Below are positions 16,689 to 27,000 of a DNA stretch of 64,000 bases, in pieces. Each line of letters starts with the position of its first letter. The stretch's first letter is position 1. A program made the translations under genes and the position numbers. The notes under the pieces were generated by a model, which made no database searches, was not told the DNA's origin, and saw nothing but the letters and a program-made list of their open reading frames with translations. The DNA is from a virus: the IMG/VR virus record IMGVR_UViG_3300038301_000548, positions 64,001-128,000 of that record. One strand, given 5' to 3'.

Positions 16689-16985
16689 TCAGTTATAATC
16701 AAATTTTATTCCGTGATCGTCAAAGCTAACTGAAAACACGTAACTTACTAGCGAACCAAGACAACCTAAAAATAATCCGGTGACCGGAGAATAATCAAAA
16801 GTAAATAGTTTAGTATAGTCGTTTAAGGCCCACAAAATAACTCCAGACCAAAAACCAGTGCACATAGGGCAAGATAAAAGTTGACCGAACCATCCGGATG
16901 TGGGCCTGATTTTATCAAAAATCTTTCCATATACTAGAATTTGTGTGAGACCTGCGCAAACAAGAGAGAAATATATTAGCTGCAT
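16689..16985 (-). CDS. Small membrane protein with a CPMCTGFW motif (DUF1360-like)
   Basis: Three hydrophobic segments and LLSCPMCTGFWSG. Confidence 0.65.
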   Translation of the reverse strand: MQLIYFSLVCAGLTQILVYGKIFDKIRPTSGWFGQLLSCPMCTGFWSGVILWALNDYTKLFTFDYSPVTGLFLGCLGSLVSYVFSVSFDDHGIKFDYN

Positions 16986-17530
16986 TCTTCCTCTTGTTGC
17001 TTATTTTCTCTGACCAAAGAATAGTTGTACATGAACCCATATGGGCCGCGGGTTTGGCCGTGGGATCCCTTCTTATCTGATTGCGGCACATCGCCCAATT
17101 CAGTAGAATCTTGATCTCCTGGGTGGAGCAGGTGGTCTAGCCGGTCGTCATTGAATTCTTCAGCTGATCGGAAGAATGGTTTTTCAGTGCTAAGATACTC
17201 GCTTAACATATACAGGCAGGCTTGTAAAGAATCTATTCCCGGAGTCTTAGACTCAAGTAATTTAGCTTCTAGAGACCCATATACGTTTCCACCGCGGATA
17301 GATGAGTGTTCGACAATGCCTTTGCGAGCCAGGTAGCGAAACATTCTATCTTGAGCTTGGTACACTTTATCGCTCATCTGTTCTTTGGGGAAGGTCATGC
17401 ACTTGCTGCTATCAGGAGATAAAAGTATATCAATATCCTCGTGGTCAAATATCAATATGTTTCCATCTAAGGTTCTTCTAGCTTTTATCTCTATTCTTGG
17501 GTCTTTTTTTATGTCAACTGATAATGTCAT
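16976..17530 (-). CDS. Hypothetical protein
   Basis: ORF track; overlapping starts/stops with both neighbours. Confidence 0.75.
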   Translation of the reverse strand: MTLSVDIKKDPRIEIKARRTLDGNILIFDHEDIDILLSPDSSKCMTFPKEQMSDKVYQAQDRMFRYLARKGIVEHSSIRGGNVYGSLEAKLLESKTPGIDSLQACLYMLSEYLSTEKPFFRSAEEFNDDRLDHLLHPGDQDSTELGDVPQSDKKGSHGQTRGPYGFMYNYSLVRENKQQEEECS

Positions 17531-18351
17531 TTTTGTTCAATCTCATCTACCAACTCTTGAGTTTTGAGCACAACTTCGATTAGGTCTGTATCTACTTCTT
17601 TTTCTTTATACGAATCTAAAATAGAGTATACCTTATTTATCTTTTCCTTTAAAGAATTATCTTCTTTTACATCTTTGTCTTTTTTACACATTTCCAGCTT
17701 ACCTTTCAGCTCGCCTATCTCTTCACTTAGGTAATATTTGAGTTCGATACCATTGTCAGAAAAGGATGCAATATATTTATTTAATAGCCTTTTTTGATTC
17801 TCGTTTAGAGTGCCTGAGTATTCTTCATTAAACTTACTTACAAAAGTGTTATATACAATATTATCAACTGGCACCTGTTGTTCTACTGGTGCTTCGCAGG
17901 ACTGGGACATTTGCTGAATTATATTTTCCTCTAGCAGGACGCGGTCTTTGACCGGTAATGCATCTTGAAATATAGAGTAAACCGATGCAATACTCTTATA
18001 ATTTGGCACAAAATTTGTGAAAAGCTTCCTAGAAAGAGTCTTGTTGATCTTGCTGATTAAAGCAGATTGCTCCAAGAATACAGCTTTCTTGTTAAGTTCA
18101 GAGTACTTTTCTTTTACTTGAGTTACTATTTTTTCTGCTATGTTTTTTTCTATATCTTTCGTCTCATAGATACTTTTGTAAAGGTTCAGTTCCTTGTTAA
18201 GTTCTGTCCCTTCCTTGAAGTGTTCTTTCACTATTGAAACTATCTTAGTTTGCTTGTTCTTGTTGTTCTTAACAATTGAACTGGTTAGTTCTCTAATCAA
18301 AGCTTCATAAACAAATGCAGTATTTCTCTTCTTATTATGCTTCAGTCTCAT
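17527..18351 (-). CDS. Hypothetical head-module protein (KHNKKRNTAFVYEAL)
   Basis: ORF track; directly downstream of the portal gene; helical composition. Confidence 0.75.
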   Translation of the reverse strand: MRLKHNKKRNTAFVYEALIRELTSSIVKNNKNKQTKIVSIVKEHFKEGTELNKELNLYKSIYETKDIEKNIAEKIVTQVKEKYSELNKKAVFLEQSALISKINKTLSRKLFTNFVPNYKSIASVYSIFQDALPVKDRVLLEENIIQQMSQSCEAPVEQQVPVDNIVYNTFVSKFNEEYSGTLNENQKRLLNKYIASFSDNGIELKYYLSEEIGELKGKLEMCKKDKDVKEDNSLKEKINKVYSILDSYKEKEVDTDLIEVVLKTQELVDEIEQK

Positions 18352-20374
18352 CTTTGTTTTTCCTCTTCTTTAAATCTAAATTTTCAAACAAAACTTTCAA
18401 CTCTTCTTGATTTTTCAAAAGGCGCTCTTCTTCTTCTCTAGAGTAATTAGTAAGACGATTCTCGTAAACGCCGGTGCCTCTGGCCAGTTGAGACAATTCA
18501 GAAGCTCCTGGTAAGGTTTTTCTCTTTGTTCCGGTTTCTGGGACCGCTGCTCTGTTCATGTTCTTTTTTCTGGGTCCGGAGGACTTTCTTCTATCGCCGG
18601 ATCCCCAATTCATACGAGGCTCATACCAACCGTGAGATTTTTCTGTTGTTGTCTTGGTCTTGCCACCTTCTCGTTTCGCAGTCTTGCCCCTTGCGTCGTC
18701 TCTCTTAGCTGGTGGTGCTGCCAAGAGATCTCCCTCTTCTGGGCCAGCTGGTGCATCACCGCCTAGGTCGCCTCCGCCTAGGTCATCACCTCCGCCCAAA
18801 TCCATGTCGTCTGTGGGGGCTCCCAGTTCAGGCTCTGCGCCGGCCATGCCCATGCCACCGGGTTCGCCCATATCTCCTGCCAGGTCGCCGCCAGGAGCAG
18901 TGGCTGCTGCTTGTTCTGCTTCTGCTGCTGTCTCTAGTGCTGCTTCGAATCTGCGATCGTAGAACATCTCTCGTCGGTTCCTGATAAACTCTTCATCGGA
19001 CATCCCAAACAGTTTCTTGGCTAGCCATTGTTTAGAGAAGAATCCTTCAGTTGCAGAAGACGCAATATCAAATTTTGTCTTCCAATGTTCCAGTTCCTGC
19101 ATCTCTGCAATCTTTGAAGGATTGTTGAGTGAGACTGTAAAACTTACCAAATCTTCATCGCGGTACCCTAAAGTATAGAGGTGAATGATTCCTACTTTTT
19201 CTAGTTCAGTTACAACAGATCTTTGCAGGCGCTGGACTGTCCTTGCAAATCGAATGTCCTTCTGAGCCAGTGTCGTCTTGTCTTCTTGCGCGGACTCTCC
19301 GTCAGAAGAAAGGTAGGCCGCTGGAATTTTAAGTGCTGAAAATAATTTATCCCTAAGGTATTTAACATCATCAATATCTCCTGTATATTTTCCGCCTGCG
19401 AGTGGTTCTATTTTCGTTCCGCTAGTGCCGCCGCGGACAGGGATAAAGTAATCTTCCTCTACCGAAAGTGGATTATATCTCAAATCAACCCGGCCTGTCT
19501 CAGTATCGACCACTTGGTTTCTCTTCATCTGGGTCATCGCTTTTTGCATATATTGTTCTACATCTTGTGGAGCAATCGAGCCAACATCGATATAGAACAC
19601 TCGGCGCTCTGGGGATCTTACAATTCGATAAGCCATCATTGCATCTTCTAACAAAGTAAGTTGGCGCCAGATGCGCCGGGCGGGCTCAAGAATCGAAGTC
19701 CCATAAGGGTTATATTTGTCGTTTCCTAGAATCCTAAAATGGGCCATTTGCCAATTTTCAAAGGTAAGACCCGCTGAGTTCCACTGATACTGGACATAGT
19801 TTGGGTTCTCTTTGTCTTCTCCTTCGAGGCGTTCGACTTCTGCTGTTGGTAGACCAATCGCGCTAGTGACTCCCAGTGTCTCATCGAGGTCTAGATACAA
19901 GAAAAAGTCTCCGAATTTACACATTGATCGGCACCACGAGAATAGGTTATACTCTATATTGAGAACATCATGATATAATGATTCGAGTAAAAGCTTTATT
20001 TCTTCATTGTCGCATTGGACTTTAAGCACTTTAGTCAGGCCGCTGTGGGTCGTCATTTCGTCTGCATAAATATCTATTGCAGATGCAATCTCCGGAGTAT
20101 ACTCCATCTGATCGAAATCTACGTACCTCTCCGTTCTTGCTTGGCTTGCCATGGCTTGAGCTTGTAGATTGTCATAAGGATTGTATGCAGTCTTCTTGAA
20201 GTCTCTGCCGCTAGCAGAAGTGAACTTTGATGCATATTTATCAAGGTCAATCCTTCTTAGACGATGATTAGTTTGAGTTCTATAATTTGTAAGGGGCCCG
20301 GAGAGAAGTTTTGTAAGCTTTCGAAAAAGTAAACTTTGAGGGTTCCGAGTGTTATTTTTGTTTTCTGATGCCAT
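18335..20374 (-). CDS. Portal vertex protein (T4 gp20-like), 679 aa
   Basis: LEDAMMAYRIVRSPERRVFYIDVG, EEDYFIPVRGG.SGTKIEPLAGG, DVKYLRDKLFSALKIP, DIRFARTVQRLQ. Confidence 0.95.
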   Translation of the reverse strand: MASENKNNTRNPQSLLFRKLTKLLSGPLTNYRTQTNHRLRRIDLDKYASKFTSASGRDFKKTAYNPYDNLQAQAMASQARTERYVDFDQMEYTPEIASAIDIYADEMTTHSGLTKVLKVQCDNEEIKLLLESLYHDVLNIEYNLFSWCRSMCKFGDFFLYLDLDETLGVTSAIGLPTAEVERLEGEDKENPNYVQYQWNSAGLTFENWQMAHFRILGNDKYNPYGTSILEPARRIWRQLTLLEDAMMAYRIVRSPERRVFYIDVGSIAPQDVEQYMQKAMTQMKRNQVVDTETGRVDLRYNPLSVEEDYFIPVRGGTSGTKIEPLAGGKYTGDIDDVKYLRDKLFSALKIPAAYLSSDGESAQEDKTTLAQKDIRFARTVQRLQRSVVTELEKVGIIHLYTLGYRDEDLVSFTVSLNNPSKIAEMQELEHWKTKFDIASSATEGFFSKQWLAKKLFGMSDEEFIRNRREMFYDRRFEAALETAAEAEQAAATAPGGDLAGDMGEPGGMGMAGAEPELGAPTDDMDLGGGDDLGGGDLGGDAPAGPEEGDLLAAPPAKRDDARGKTAKREGGKTKTTTEKSHGWYEPRMNWGSGDRRKSSGPRKKNMNRAAVPETGTKRKTLPGASELSQLARGTGVYENRLTNYSREEEERLLKNQEELKVLFENLDLKKRKNKDETEA

Positions 20375-20377
20375 TTT

Positions 20378-21964
20378 CTATCCTTTAAAGAGCCACGGAA
20401 ACTGTTCTGCTGTGTTTGAATGTTTTCTTATTTTGTCATTTAATTTCATGTTTCTTGTCCCTATCATACCATTGATTCGTGTATCCATGTGGTTACTTGT
20501 TTTCGTTATTGACCCCAAGAACGCTTTGCTGTATTCTAAGTCTCTCTGATTTGAACTTAGGGCAGTATCCCTTATCCAGCAGCCGACTGCACATGCCATA
20601 ATCAAGTCATCATTATAAGACCTCATAGCCTCTGCGCGGCCGTGGTTCCAAACGAAGGTCTTCATTTCCGTTAAAAGGCGCGCCGAGTATATCTTAATTA
20701 GGTTGTTTCTTATAAATTCTTCCATCTTTGCAACGATCAAAGGGCGAGTCTTTGAAGTCATAGAAAAGCCTGCGACAGCGTTGCTCATGTTTTCTGCTTG
20801 ATACTCTTCTACAAACTCGTGAGTTGACTTAACCGAATAGTACAGATTAGGGTAGGATGCCTCTCTCAATTTGTCCAATACAGCAAAGCCGACGGAGTTG
20901 TTTTCTACCACTAAAAGAGCTTTCCTATATTCTATACCAGTATCATATAAAATTTTAGCAAAAAGATCTGGTGTTATCTTGCCTTTGTACTCTGCTACTA
21001 TCTCCATGGTAGTGGATTTAAAAACTAGCGCGGTTGAAAAGTCTTTGCCGTCGCCGCGGGCGACATCGGCTGATATAAAATAACTCTCTCCTTCTTCTGG
21101 AGATTGCCATATCCATAAGTTCCTATCGAGACCGGTTCTATATTTGGGTTCTTTACACATGTTCAAATATGTTTCCATGTCTTCCGCCGAAAAGACTGTT
21201 TCGCCGGACATATTAAAATTACACTCTAACTCTTGAGCTATTTCTCTTCTAGACATGTTTTTGGTTTCTTTCTCAAACCAAGTCTGGTCTCGATCTGGAT
21301 GTACTTGCCATGGCAACATAGTCGGGTGGAAATCGTTAGTATTGCTTTCGGCTTCAGTATAAACCTTGTGGAACCAGTTTCCTACGCCGTTTGGGGTAGA
21401 AAGAGCGATACAGCGGCCGCCGGTTGACAGTGTAGGATAAAGGCCCATCCACAACTCTTCCAGACCTTCGACATGTGCTGCTTCGTCTATTACGAGTAGT
21501 GACAGAGCCTCTGAACGACCTGCATCTCCTGACGTAGACGATGCTTTAATTTGGGAACCATTTGACAGGACAAAGCTGGTGCGATTATCAATGTCAACAT
21601 TTGAGATTCTAAGCCACTCTGGTAAATTTCTAATAATGGCCTTCACCTTCTTTACAAGGTTTGCCGCCGTGCTGAACTTTGTGGCGATTACTAATACGTT
21701 CTTCTCTCGATGAAACATCATGAGCCAGGCCACGTAAGCAGCAGATATAGTAGATATACCTAACTGGCGTGCTTTTAGGATTACGTTGAAGCGATAATCT
21801 TCGAAATCCTCTAAAAGGTCTTTTTGAAAGTCGTAAAGGTGAAAAGGTATTAAGCCTTTCTGGGGATGCGTTATCTTCGCATAGGTATTGATAAAATAAT
21901 CAGGTGTTTTGCCACACTTGACTATCTCTTTCATTATTTCTTTCTTAGAAAGAGAGAAAGCCAT
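20378..21964 (-). CDS. Terminase large subunit (T4 gp17-like)
   Basis: KARQLGIST (Walker A), LLVIDEAA (Walker B), ALSTPNG, ISADVARGDGKDFS, DDLIMA nuclease motifs; no intein visible. Confidence 0.95.
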   Translation of the reverse strand: MAFSLSKKEIMKEIVKCGKTPDYFINTYAKITHPQKGLIPFHLYDFQKDLLEDFEDYRFNVILKARQLGISTISAAYVAWLMMFHREKNVLVIATKFSTAANLVKKVKAIIRNLPEWLRISNVDIDNRTSFVLSNGSQIKASSTSGDAGRSEALSLLVIDEAAHVEGLEELWMGLYPTLSTGGRCIALSTPNGVGNWFHKVYTEAESNTNDFHPTMLPWQVHPDRDQTWFEKETKNMSRREIAQELECNFNMSGETVFSAEDMETYLNMCKEPKYRTGLDRNLWIWQSPEEGESYFISADVARGDGKDFSTALVFKSTTMEIVAEYKGKITPDLFAKILYDTGIEYRKALLVVENNSVGFAVLDKLREASYPNLYYSVKSTHEFVEEYQAENMSNAVAGFSMTSKTRPLIVAKMEEFIRNNLIKIYSARLLTEMKTFVWNHGRAEAMRSYNDDLIMACAVGCWIRDTALSSNQRDLEYSKAFLGSITKTSNHMDTRINGMIGTRNMKLNDKIRKHSNTAEQFPWLFKG

Positions 21965-21968
21965 TCTA

Positions 21969-22469
21969 CTAACTCTTCAAGCCACCAAGTGCTAGCCACT
22001 TTTCAGTTGCAGAGTCTAGCTTCTCTTCACTCTCAGGCATGTTGTTTTCAGACTCTAGAGAAGCTATCTTGTAACATTTGTGAACTTTTACGCTGCATCG
22101 GATACGAGACACGTACTCTACGAGGACGTCGACTTCGCTGGGGTCGGATAGGCCTAGGGCCTGCTTCTTAATCTTCTTATATTCTTTCTGAATAAAGGAT
22201 TTGACGCTCTCAACCATTGATTCCATCTCACTCTCAAACCCATTCGAGTGCACTTCTTTGAGTGGTATTTCTGAGTGGTATTTGATGTGAAGCCTGTCTC
22301 CGGAGATGTGACAACCAAAACCATCCATCACTCGGCGGTCGACCATCGGATTGCCCTCTTCTCTGCGTAAGCCAATCTTAATTGGTTCTCCGCTTTCATC
22401 AAGGGCGCCATCGTATGTGTTTGCCATCACCTGGGATATACAGTTAATAATTTCTAAAGTTGTAGCCAT
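21969..22469 (-). CDS. Hypothetical protein upstream of the terminase
   Basis: ORF track; preceded by two tandem ACTATTTATA motifs. Confidence 0.75.
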   Translation of the reverse strand: MATTLEIINCISQVMANTYDGALDESGEPIKIGLRREEGNPMVDRRVMDGFGCHISGDRLHIKYHSEIPLKEVHSNGFESEMESMVESVKSFIQKEYKKIKKQALGLSDPSEVDVLVEYVSRIRCSVKVHKCYKIASLESENNMPESEEKLDSATEKWLALGGLKS

Positions 22470-22486
22470 GTGTAAAATTCCTCTAC

Positions 22487-22512
22487 TATAAATAGTTTGT
22501 AATATAAATAGT
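22487..22512 (-). promoter_or_regulatory. Two tandem ACTATTTATA motifs ahead of the terminase-portal operon
   Basis: Plus-strand TATAAATAGT at 22487-22496 and 22503-22512. Confidence 0.55.
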
Positions 22513-22880
22513 TACTTGTTTGGTCTCCAGCCCGAATTCCATCTTTCTTCGCGGCCTTCGATGAATTGTATGTAACAGTCAAAACATGCTTGGAACTTCC
22601 TCATGTAAAGATCGTCGCGATTTTTATGAGAATATGAGTGACAAACTGGGCAGACTCTAGGTTCGCTCTTTGACTTCTTCTTGTTTATTACGTCGAAACC
22701 ATTACACGACGAGACCTTACCGGCATGTTTGCTATTCTTATAGAAATCCTTTAAGTGCTGTAAATATTTCTTTTCTTTCTCTTCTGTCCAGTTTTGTTTT
22801 GGATTTTGAATGGCTTCTTTGCCATACTTTTCTTTTATCGCTTTTTCGTATTTTGCTATTTCATTTAGATCTTTCTTCAT
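22512..22880 (-). CDS. Hypothetical protein with CxxC...CxxC (putative zinc-binding)
   Basis: CPVC ... CFDC. Confidence 0.7.
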   Translation of the reverse strand: MKKDLNEIAKYEKAIKEKYGKEAIQNPKQNWTEEKEKKYLQHLKDFYKNSKHAGKVSSCNGFDVINKKKSKSEPRVCPVCHSYSHKNRDDLYMRKFQACFDCYIQFIEGREERWNSGWRPNK

Positions 22881-23067
22881 GTAACTTCCTTAAATATTCT
22901 ATCATAGCTTCCATGTTGTGCTCCTCAAATTGCACAGTTGGTATTGTGCCGTGGATCAAGAAGAACACTGAGCCTAGTAAAAGGCGCTTACTGACATTGA
23001 AAGCGAACATCATGTGTTCAAAATAACCTAGGCCTACTTTTTTAAGATGGTCTTTATCTATAATCAT
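22861..23067 (-). CDS. Small hypothetical protein (DUF6356-like)
   Basis: GYFEHMMFAF...FLIHGTIP pattern recalled for this family. Confidence 0.45.
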   Translation of the reverse strand: MIIDKDHLKKVGLGYFEHMMFAFNVSKRLLLGSVFFLIHGTIPTVQFEEHNMEAMIEYLRKLHEERSK

Positions 23068-23068
23068 T

Positions 23069-23521
23069 TTATTTCACCAGAAAAACAAGAAGAACAGTCA
23101 AAGCACTACCTGTGGCAACGCCACCGAGGGCCCAGTAATGACTATAATCATTTGGTCGCTTCAAGGCTGCAGTCTCTAGTCTTTCAATTTCCTCATTCTT
23201 AATCGCTAAAATGTTTGCACTCTCTTCCTCTATCGTCAGTATCCTAAGATTTAGGTTTTTAATATCTAGTGAGTATTTAGCCCTTTCCCTCTCTAAAGCT
23301 TGGTCGACTTCTAGATCGCAACGGGCCCGAGCGAATTCAGATGTTGCTTGTATTTTGGCCGTCGCGACATCGTCGAAACACCAAGCATCAAAATGTGTCA
23401 CCTCACCCTTGAGGACTCTAGAAAATCTTCCATTTTCCGGGTTGGCAAGAACAGAACAGGGAAAGAAACTAATCAATAAAAGTAAAGCCAAAGCTCTTTT
23501 CAATTTCAGCGCGAATAACAT
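23069..23521 (-). CDS. Secreted/membrane-anchored coiled-coil protein, putative spanin component
   Basis: ATG at 23521 with GGAG SD; signal-peptide-like N-terminus, coiled coil, C-terminal TM; overlaps the upstream gene by 53 nt. Confidence 0.4.
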   Translation of the reverse strand: MLFALKLKRALALLLLISFFPCSVLANPENGRFSRVLKGEVTHFDAWCFDDVATAKIQATSEFARARCDLEVDQALERERAKYSLDIKNLNLRILTIEEESANILAIKNEEIERLETAALKRPNDYSHYWALGGVATGSALTVLLVFLVK

Positions 23522-23858
23522 CTGGTTCTCCTTTTGACTTTTTAACAATTTCTTTTATTCTCTTCTTCTCTTTTGTACTTAGCTTCTTCTCTTTTTCTTT
23601 GAATTTCTCTTCAATCATAATGACTGCTTCATGGTAATCTGCTATTAACTTATCTCTTTCTATGATCTCATTATTGTGTCTTTTTTTTAATTCTTTTATT
23701 TGTTTATCATAAGAATCTTTCTTGGCAGCCAAGACATCGACTAGGGCGTCTGAGTTTCTTTTTGCAAACAAGTAAACGACTACTGACCATATAAGTGCCA
23801 ATGGTACTTGCCAGTAAGTCTTCAGCCAAAGCCAAATCTTGCCGAAGGCCTCTTTCAT
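23469..23858 (-). CDS. N-terminal TM plus coiled-coil protein, putative i-spanin
   Basis: Likely start MKEAFGK at 23858; TM VPLALIWSVVVYLFA followed by a charged coiled coil. Confidence 0.45.
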   Translation of the reverse strand: MKEAFGKIWLWLKTYWQVPLALIWSVVVYLFAKRNSDALVDVLAAKKDSYDKQIKELKKRHNNEIIERDKLIADYHEAVIMIEEKFKEKEKKLSTKEKKRIKEIVKKSKGEPDVIRAEIEKSFGFTFID

Positions 23859-23878
23859 AACTATCCATTGCATCGGTA

Positions 23879-24085
23879 TTATTCCCCGGTTGGGCCGTGC
23901 TTCCATTTGACTGCCATGTCGACCAAGGCTTGGGTACCAATGTAAGCTAAAGTTATCGCTGTCCAATTATCACTGGTAACTGTGCCATACGCACATAGGC
24001 CTGTGGCTGTCAACCATGCCAGGAACTTTCTAGATATAAACCTTTCTGTATATTTATCGGCAAACGCCTTAATTTGTGCCACCAT
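23879..24085 (-). CDS. Small two-TM membrane protein, putative holin
   Basis: 68 aa; SRKFLAWLTATGL...WTAITLAYIGTQALVD; basic C-terminus. Confidence 0.45.
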   Translation of the reverse strand: MVAQIKAFADKYTERFISRKFLAWLTATGLCAYGTVTSDNWTAITLAYIGTQALVDMAVKWKHGPTGE

Positions 24086-24094
24086 CTTGTCCTC

Positions 24095-27000
24095 CTAGAT
24101 GTTTACGTGAGCGAAGCCATCTTTTCGCTCAATGTTTATTTGCATATCGACGCAGTCCTTGAGTCCGTCTAAATGAGATATGAGTAAGACAGTTTTGAAG
24201 TATCCCTTAATCATATCAAGAATTCGGACAAAGCCTTCCATGTTCTCCTCATCCAATGCGGTACCAGGCTCGTCTAATATAAATAGGTCCGACTTTGGTA
24301 AACTGGACACAGTTAAAAAAGCTAGGCGGATGGCCATCGATGCAATTGTCTTCTCAGCTCCGGAGCCCATCTCTAGGGGTCGGGGCTCATGTTTTGCGTG
24401 TTTAATAAATATATCAAGCTTATCTTCATTGTTTGTAATAAACACTTCGAACTCTACAATATTTGTAAGTATCTTGGCGATCTCTTGATTAATATATGGA
24501 AGCCTCCTTTTGATGATCTCGTAGGAGACGCCGTTCGGATGACAACAAGTCATGAGTAGGTGATATGCCGCAAAGTCGTCTTTAAGACATTCATATTCTG
24601 ACTTTTGCTCTTCAATATGGCGGAGCTTTTGTTCTAGCGATCCCTGCTTCTTGTGCAGGTTTAGGATTTTACTCTCACAGGTTTCAAGCTCAGATTCAAA
24701 ATCTTTGATTTCTGCCTGGGTATTGTCTCTCAGAACTAGCAATTCTTTCAAATTCTCAATTGCATCCCGGTTTTGTTCATATTCTGTATTTTTAACTTGA
24801 AGCTGTTCTAGTTCTACTTGCTCCTTAAACAGCAAGCTATCAGCCTTCTCGATCGCTAACTTGCTAGTTGCAATCGATGTTGCAAGGGTGTTCCTCTTAT
24901 CGACTAAGAGGTTGTATTTTTCAATATGCTCTGATACCCTTTCAGGCTCAAGGCCACTGAGTTGAGCACCAAGCGCGTTGATGGATGACGCACAGTGGGA
25001 TACCTTGTCTTCTGTTATTTGAATAAGACTCCCCGCTGAGTGTGCATCTCTTATAAACTTACAAGACGGGTATTCTGAGCCACACGGAACTTCTGACAAG
25101 AGCCTCTGCTTTTGCATGTAATTTTCTTTTAAAGAAGATTCTGACTCCATCTCCTTGAGAAGAGACGATAGTTCTGTCTTCTTGGTGTCAATAGCTTCTT
25201 TCTTTTTCTCGTAAGAGGCAATATCGAACTGGGAAAGAAATGACGCAATCTTTTCGAACTTCTCTTCACTCAGTTTTAATTCCTTTATTGCTTCCGTCTT
25301 CCTGGAGGTTTCTCTTAGGATACTCTCTTTCTTTCCAGAAATCTTTCTTGACGTTAAAACTGGGTCTATAATTTCTGCTGGTACTGATTCTATCTTGAGA
25401 ATTATCTCATTAAGTCTAGTGTTACTTTCTTGTTTTTCTTGCTTAAGGGATAGGCAGTTAGCCTTGTTCGATTCTATTCCAAGCTCACTGTTTACAATAT
25501 CCTTCTTAAGAGATGTAATCTCTGTTTCGAAATCAATGCCTTCTAGGCGGCGCAAAGCTGCTTTGGTGACTGCTGATTCTTCTTTAGCTAATTTAAATTT
25601 CTTATCAAAAATCTCAAGATCTAAAAACTTAGCTAAGAATTCTTTTCTTTTGGTCGAACCTTCATTAACAAACGACAAAGAATCTAACTGGCTAGCCATC
25701 GATGTGGTCAAAAAGTCTTGAATGGTCCCAAAGTACTTTCTAACGTTCTTATCTGTGTCTTGCCTTGATGTTCCGTTTAAGCCCTCAGTATTGCCCGTCA
25801 AGTCTCTTTTAAAGAATTCCAGGTCAGTGCTAGCTTCTTTGGTCTCTACGCCCTTCAGGCGCTTGGTATACTTCTCTGAGACTCTTTCTACTATATAATC
25901 TGTATCATCTATCTTTATTGTCGCTGTGGCTTTACAATCAGACATATTCTGGTTGATGATATTGAGGTTCTTTCTGATCGATTTTGAAGTTGAATTGTAT
26001 AAAGAATATAACAAGGTATCAACAATTGAAGACTTACCTGAGTAGTTCTTGCCAAATATACCGACAATACCTTCCAGCTTTGTAAAGTCAATGCTATTCC
26101 CTTCTCCATAATTGAATAGGTTGTCCCACTCTAAAGACTGCAATGACCAGTGCACGTTTCGCATAACATCTTCGTTCTCTTCTACTTGGACGTTATACTT
26201 CTTATTTAGGTCGTACACCTTCTTCATTACCGTATCTGTCACTTCGAATTCTTTAAGATACTCCTCCATGAGGGATTCTTGCGTTTTAAGATCGCGAAGG
26301 TCCTCTTGTTTCATGCCTTCTGGTGCCTTCACTGTGATCTGTTTGCCGGCGGCCCGGTTGAGGTAAGTTACCGATTCTGGACTATATCGATATTTTGCAA
26401 CATCCACTGCCTTGCGGACCTTATCCAGTGTGACATTCTCATCCGAAACAATACGAAGCCGGGCGCCTTCGGGAGGCTTCTTTCTTGGGAGGTTTCCGTT
26501 CTTAGTTAGGGCAAGAGTAACGAAAGGCTTTGGATTGTCAAAGGTAATGAGCCTGTTGGTAAAATTATCTCTATCTTCAATATCCCATAGGAGATAACCT
26601 TTATCCAGTGACTCACCAAAATTTTGTTGAACGGTAGAACCAGCATACCAAACCCTCCCTTCTTTATCTAGTTGTTGGGTCTTGTGGATATCTCCAAGAA
26701 AACCAAAGTCAAAATCGTCAAAGATGCTAATATCATGATCACCCCCTAGTGTCCAGTTGCTATCTGTTTTTGATTTATCAATCGCTCCGTGATAAAGAGC
26801 GATATTTATTGCCGACTTGTCTGTTGGTGCTACCCAATTGTCCTCATCAAAAACAGAAAGAACGTTCAAACAGAAGTTGTCATCTATTTTGACTTCTCCT
26901 GCATTCTTAATTAGTGTAAGCCTTGGGGAATTAATCGCTCTAACAATTGGCGACAGTGCATCCTGCCTGCTTCCATTGCGTAAATTACCATCGTGGTTTC

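Noticed and set aside
16686-16691. Selenocysteine insertion at the membrane-protein UGA
   Set aside because: No stem-loop immediately 3' of the UGA as a bacterial SECIS requires; the GC hairpin lies about 80 nt downstream.
20378-21964. Intein or intron in the terminase (a common hotspot), also checked by eye in the portal, primase and MCP
   Set aside because: Normal motif spacing; no C/S...HN-C/S/T splice signature or LAGLIDADG/HNH motif seen.
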